From an uncultured virus (IMG/VR IMGVR_UViG_3300020379_000594) (lineage: Duplodnaviria > Heunggongvirae > Uroviricota > Caudoviricetes): a stretch of 20,000 nucleotides of DNA. Of this stretch, positions 16,318 to 20,000 are shown piece by piece. Position 1 is the stretch's first letter. The number at the start of each line of letters is the position of its first letter. The stretch lies in IMG/VR virus record IMGVR_UViG_3300020379_000594; one strand, given 5' to 3'. The notes under the pieces are model-generated. The model was not told where the DNA came from and searched no databases. It saw only the letters and a program-made list of their open reading frames with translations. The translations under genes and the position numbers were made by a program.

Positions 16318-16506
16318 ATGACTAAATTTTTACTGCCTATCGCTATCAACGTTATCAACAAAGCGGTAGACAAGATCCCAGAAGACCTAGAAGAAAAACT
16401 AAAGGTATTTTTGATTGGATTACTCAAGAAAGCGGCTGCCAAGTCAGGCAACAAAGTAGATGACCAGTTAGTAGATGCTTTGGAAAAAGCCTTATTGGAT
16501 AAATAA
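16318..16506 (+). CDS. Hypothetical helical protein
   Basis: 62-aa ORF ('SGNKVDDQLV'), preceded by a TATATA variant of the late motif. Confidence 0.7.
   Translation: MTKFLLPIAINVINKAVDKIPEDLEEKLKVFLIGLLKKAAAKSGNKVDDQLVDALEKALLDK
16500..16505 (+). promoter_or_regulatory. T4-like late promoter (GATAAATA)
   Basis: Overlaps the end of the upstream gene; a GGAG SD precedes ATG 16541. Confidence 0.65.
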
Positions 16507-16540
16507 ATCTAGAAAGTAGTCTTAAATTGGAGAAAAGCCC

Positions 16541-17104
16541 ATGCCTCTTTGGGGAGCAACCGACTCAGACGAGTCAAAGCCTAAGTTTCTGACCGACGAA
16601 CAGAAGAAGCAATGTTTTGCTACAAAGTCTGGTTGGGTGTTGGAAAATGGTGCATTAACTGGTAACGATAATCCTAATGCAGACCCAGAGATTCTGGTCG
16701 CAATCGGAGAACTCGCTACAAGTATCGGTGCTGCAGACATTACCGAAATTGAGTTCATCACAACATCATTTGACAAGTCAGATGGTGGAACTTTACAGGT
16801 AAGAGTAAGATTCAACGAAGCAGTTGATGTCACAGGCACACCACAACTTACAGTGGTCAATGACCAACGAGCAAACCATACACTGTCATATGCCTCAGGT
16901 ACAGGCAGTAATGAATTGGTGTTCTCACTCACAATCGCCGCTGGTAACGCAGCGACTTCTGCTGATGACGAACTATCAATAGGAGCAAACGCAGTTGCAC
17001 TTAACGGTGGAACAATTAAGGATGCTGGTACATCTACCAACTCCACAATTACTAATGTTGCTTCTATCGGAACTGCTGCTGGTACAATTACTGTTGTCGC
17101 ATAA
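16541..17104 (+). CDS. Probable virion structural protein (MPLWG N-terminus, Ig-like Thr/Ala/Gly-rich domain)
   Basis: 'MPLWG' start and 'VRFNEAVDVTGTPQL...YASGTGSNELVF...LNGGTIKD', an Ig-like beta-sandwich signature. Late promoter upstream. Confidence 0.75.
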   Translation: MPLWGATDSDESKPKFLTDEQKKQCFATKSGWVLENGALTGNDNPNADPEILVAIGELATSIGAADITEIEFITTSFDKSDGGTLQVRVRFNEAVDVTGTPQLTVVNDQRANHTLSYASGTGSNELVFSLTIAAGNAATSADDELSIGANAVALNGGTIKDAGTSTNSTITNVASIGTAAGTITVVA

Positions 17105-17135
17105 CCGACCTAGATAATACAGAATAAAATGATTG

Positions 17136-17507
17136 ATGAAGTTTTCTGAACTGAATGAAAATAACTATGTAATTTTTGCAATTAAGAATTACGAAAACCC
17201 TCACGCAGTCACTAAGGAAGATTTTGAAGAGGATCTGAAAAGATTCAAATGGGTAAAAAGGCTTTTGAAACGTTATAAAACTACTGGCGTTTTGAAAGCT
17301 CATTTACTTATTAACCACTTCATAATCCTTTATAATGTTTTTGGTGAGGCCGCCACACCTCTTCTATTTTTCAAGATAGATAAGGACTTATGGCCTGTTG
17401 TTAAAACGTTTGTGGTATACTTAGGAAGATTCCCTGAGTTTCCCAAATCGGCACTACATGATGTACCTATGGATGATACATGTTTACAGTGTCTTAAAGA
17501 ACTATGA
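17136..17507 (+). CDS. Conserved T4-like hypothetical protein upstream of primase
   Basis: 'FAIKNYENP...FEEDLKRFKWVKRL...LLINHFIILYNVFG'. ATG at 17136; TTG at 17133 is the alternative. Confidence 0.8.
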   Translation: MKFSELNENNYVIFAIKNYENPHAVTKEDFEEDLKRFKWVKRLLKRYKTTGVLKAHLLINHFIILYNVFGEAATPLLFFKIDKDLWPVVKTFVVYLGRFPEFPKSALHDVPMDDTCLQCLKEL

Positions 17508-17671
17508 AGACTTTTAAGGAATTTAATGAGATGATGACCGCTGGTACAGGTGGTTTTACTTCTGCTGCAGATTCCAAAGGTCCTGTTGCTGGATATGATT
17601 TACCTTTTGGTGGAATGATTAGAAGATGGTACAACGCTGCAAAAGCAACCTCAAAACGTAAAAAGAAATGA
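17504..17671 (+). CDS. 55-aa protein, positionally and compositionally like T4 gp61.1
   Basis: Translated by hand: MKTFKEFNEMMTAGTGGFTSAADSKGPVAGYDLPFGGMIRRWYNAAKATSKRKKK. ATGA overlaps at both ends. Confidence 0.75.
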   Translation: MKTFKEFNEMMTAGTGGFTSAADSKGPVAGYDLPFGGMIRRWYNAAKATSKRKKK

Positions 17672-18105
17672 GCGAAAACGCCAGTATCAACACAGCTATA
17701 TTAGAAAGATTAGAAAAAGTAGTAGATTCTTTACAGGATAACTCCGTAAAGATGGGACAACTGCTTGCGGTTCATAATGAAAAGCTGGACAAGCAAGATA
17801 GGATAGATGCCGTACTATTCGAGAAGGTGGAATCTCTTCATAGGGAACTTAACCGTTCGACTAAAGAGATTAAGACAGGATGTGAGAGAGATATAATGAA
17901 GGTAGAAGAACGTCTGAGGATGATGGAGAAGAAGATGTGGACAATCGCTGGTGGTATCGGTGTCATATCAGTTCTCGTCAGTCCTATGGGTCAGAAAGTT
18001 ATACAAGGGTTGCAGAATAATCAATCATCTGTTATACTAGGAGTCGAACGAGTAGTCAGCATTGAACCTAGTAGACAGCAAATACATAAGTCTGGTATCG
18101 TCTAG
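17668..18105 (+). CDS. Coiled-coil protein with a C-terminal hydrophobic segment
   Basis: Heptad-rich N-terminal region followed by 'WTIAGGIGVISVLVS'. Overlaps the primase start. Confidence 0.75.
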   Translation: MSENASINTAILERLEKVVDSLQDNSVKMGQLLAVHNEKLDKQDRIDAVLFEKVESLHRELNRSTKEIKTGCERDIMKVEERLRMMEKKMWTIAGGIGVISVLVSPMGQKVIQGLQNNQSSVILGVERVVSIEPSRQQIHKSGIV

Positions 18106-19063
18106 ACTCCAAAAGTTTACTAAGAAGAGTAGAGGATTATATAATTTTAGATGCCCTTATTGTGGGGATTCTAGTAAGTATAAGAATAAAGCGAGGGGAT
18201 TCTTATATCCTATAAAAAATGATTATAATTTTAAGTGTCATAACTGTGGCGTTTCTAAGACACTTACTAATTTTCTTCGGGATCAGGATACTGTTTTGCA
18301 CAAGCAGTATATTATGGAGAGGTATAAAAAAGGTACTGTGGGACTGGGATCTAACACTCCTGTACCTAAATTTGACCTACCAAAACCAGTATTTATTAAA
18401 GACAAATTTCGTATCGATCTAGAAAATATCGTTAGTCTAAATAAATCACACCCCGCTCGAATATACCTAGAAGAAAGTAGGAAGATTTCTAGTAAAACAC
18501 TAGAAAATTTGTACTACTGCAATAATTTCAAAGAGTGGACTAATGCACAAAAGCACACGTTTGATGATGTCAAAAATGATGAACCGAGAATCATCATTCC
18601 GCTTAGGTACAAAGGTACACTTGTAGGATACCAAGGGAGATCTTTGCTCCCTAGATCCAAGATCAAATATATTACGATCATGTTGGAGGACGATGCTCCG
18701 AAGATTTATGGTCTCGATGATATCAATACTGGAAAAACTGTTTACGTCACGGAAGGACCATTTGACTCCACATTCATCCCTAATTCAATCGCAATGTGTG
18801 GAGCGGATGGTGATGTCTCCAAGTGGGGAATCACTAACCCTGTATGGATATATGACAATGAACCAAGGAACAGACAAATAGTTGAAAGACTTGCCACCAC
18901 TATCGATAGAGGTGATAGAGTCGTAATCTTCCCTAAGAATATTCTTGAAAAGGACATAAATGACATGTATCTTAGTGGACAAAGTGTGCAAAGAGTGGTA
19001 GACTCGAATATCTACCAAGGTTTAGAAGCCAAATTAAAATTACAAGCCTGGAAACGAGTATGA
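18062..19063 (+). CDS. gp61: T4-like DNA primase (gp61)
   Basis: Zn-binding 'CPYCGDS...CHNC', 'RIIIP', 'GYQGR' and TOPRIM motifs 'VTEGPFDS', 'YDNEPRN', 'KDINDM'. TTG start. Confidence 0.96.
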   Translation: MNLVDSKYISLVSSRLQKFTKKSRGLYNFRCPYCGDSSKYKNKARGFLYPIKNDYNFKCHNCGVSKTLTNFLRDQDTVLHKQYIMERYKKGTVGLGSNTPVPKFDLPKPVFIKDKFRIDLENIVSLNKSHPARIYLEESRKISSKTLENLYYCNNFKEWTNAQKHTFDDVKNDEPRIIIPLRYKGTLVGYQGRSLLPRSKIKYITIMLEDDAPKIYGLDDINTGKTVYVTEGPFDSTFIPNSIAMCGADGDVSKWGITNPVWIYDNEPRNRQIVERLATTIDRGDRVVIFPKNILEKDINDMYLSGQSVQRVVDSNIYQGLEAKLKLQAWKRV

Positions 19064-20000
19064 GCAATGGTATTAAAGTAGTCAAGAGAGCGGGACATAT
19101 TGAGCCTCTTGACTTGGAAAAGATGCACAAGATGGTTGAACTAGCTTGTGACGGTCTTGCAGGTGTATCTGCAAGTCAAGTTGAAATTCAATCTGGAATC
19201 CAATTCTATGATGGAATTACTACCTCCGAAATCCAAGGCATCCTCGTCAAGTCAGCAAGTGATCTGATTGATTTGGATGCTCCAAACTATCAGTATGTCG
19301 CTGCTAGACTTCTTCTCTTTGGTCTTAGAAAGAATCTATATGGTAGAATCCATGAGGTTCCTACACTTATTGATCAGATCAATAGAGGTGTAGAAAAAGG
19401 AATCTATGATTCTGATATCCTTAAGAAGTATTCCTTACAGGAGATTGAAGGATTAGACAAACTTATTGACCATGATCGTGATTATCTTTTCACTTATGCT
19501 GGTCTAAGACAGGTCGTTGATAAGTATTTGGTACAGGACAGAAGCACTGGACAGGTTTATGAGACCCCACAGTTCATGTACTTGCTTATTGCAATGACTA
19601 TCTTTGCGGAGTACCCCGCTCAAAACAGAATAGATTACGTTACACGCTACTACAATGCCATTTCCCGACACAAAATCAACATACCAACCCCAATCATGGG
19701 TGGTGTCCGAACACCTATTCGGCAGTTTGCGTCTTGCGTTCTGGTTGATGTTGACGACACCTTGGATAGTATTTTTAGTTCTGATATGGCCATCGGTCGT
19801 TATGTTGCTCAGAGGGCTGGGATTGGTATCAACGCAGGCCGCATCCGTGGGATCAACAGTAAAATCAGAGGCGGAGAAGTTCAACACACAGGTGTTGTAC
19901 CGTTCCTCAAAAAGTTTGAAGCAACTGTCAGATGTTGCACTCAAAATGGCATTAGAGGTGGATCAGCGACTGTCCACTTCCCCATCTGGCACCAAGAAAT
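19060..20000 (+). CDS. nrdA: Ribonucleotide reductase class Ia alpha subunit, 3' end outside the window
   Basis: Translated by hand. ATP-cone 'IKVVKRAGHIEPLDLEK', 'PTPIMGGVRTPIRQFASCVL' and 'CCTQNGIRGGSATVHFPIWHQE'. ATGA overlap with the primase stop. Missing from the ORF track because there is no stop in the window. Confidence 0.97.
   Translation, partial: MSNGIKVVKRAGHIEPLDLEKMHKMVELACDGLAGVSASQVEIQSGIQFYDGITTSEIQGILVKSASDLIDLDAPNYQYVAARLLLFGLRKNLYGRIHEVPTLIDQINRGVEKGIYDSDILKKYSLQEIEGLDKLIDHDRDYLFTYAGLRQVVDKYLVQDRSTGQVYETPQFMYLLIAMTIFAEYPAQNRIDYVTRYYNAISRHKINIPTPIMGGVRTPIRQFASCVLVDVDDTLDSIFSSDMAIGRYVAQRAGIGINAGRIRGINSKIRGGEVQHTGVVPFLKKFEATVRCCTQNGIRGGSATVHFPIWHQE

Noticed and set aside
16522..17046. 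174-aa minus-strand ORF
   Set aside because: Antisense to the structural gene; explained by codon bias.
19504..19944. 146-aa minus-strand ORF
   Set aside because: Antisense to nrdA, which the ORF track omitted.
1..20000. Introns or inteins in gp43, gp41, gp61 and nrdA; tRNAs, CRISPR arrays, IS elements, strong intrinsic terminators
   Set aside because: The visible reading frames are continuous and of normal length, intergenic gaps are tiny, and no cloverleaf, repeat-spacer array or GC hairpin plus U-tract was seen.

Overview
A gene-dense segment, with every credible gene on the + strand, from a T4-like marine cyanomyophage (probably infecting Prochlorococcus or Synechococcus; inferred from gene content). 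The core replication genes run gp43 DNA polymerase (5'-truncated), uvsX, gp41 helicase, mazG, then gp61 primase and nrdA (3'-truncated). Accessory genes sit between them: two HIGH-family nucleotidyltransferases, two 2OG-Fe(II) oxygenases, a PD-(D/E)xK-like nuclease, a plastoquinol terminal oxidase (PTOX) mini-operon, an SNase-like nuclease, a flavin-dependent halogenase-like gene, and at least six small ORFs missed by the ORF track. Two observations stand out. (1) A late-promoter-driven cluster of proteins carries T4 capsid-targeting-like N-termini and repeated L/I-x-E prohead-protease-like sites, suggesting packaged and processed cargo that includes a nucleotidyltransferase. (2) In a manual scan CCGG is absent and all 15 CCWGG sites lie in GCCWGG/CCWGGC context, in a window that also encodes a restriction-like nuclease. 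All calls come from motif recognition by eye; no database searches were run.
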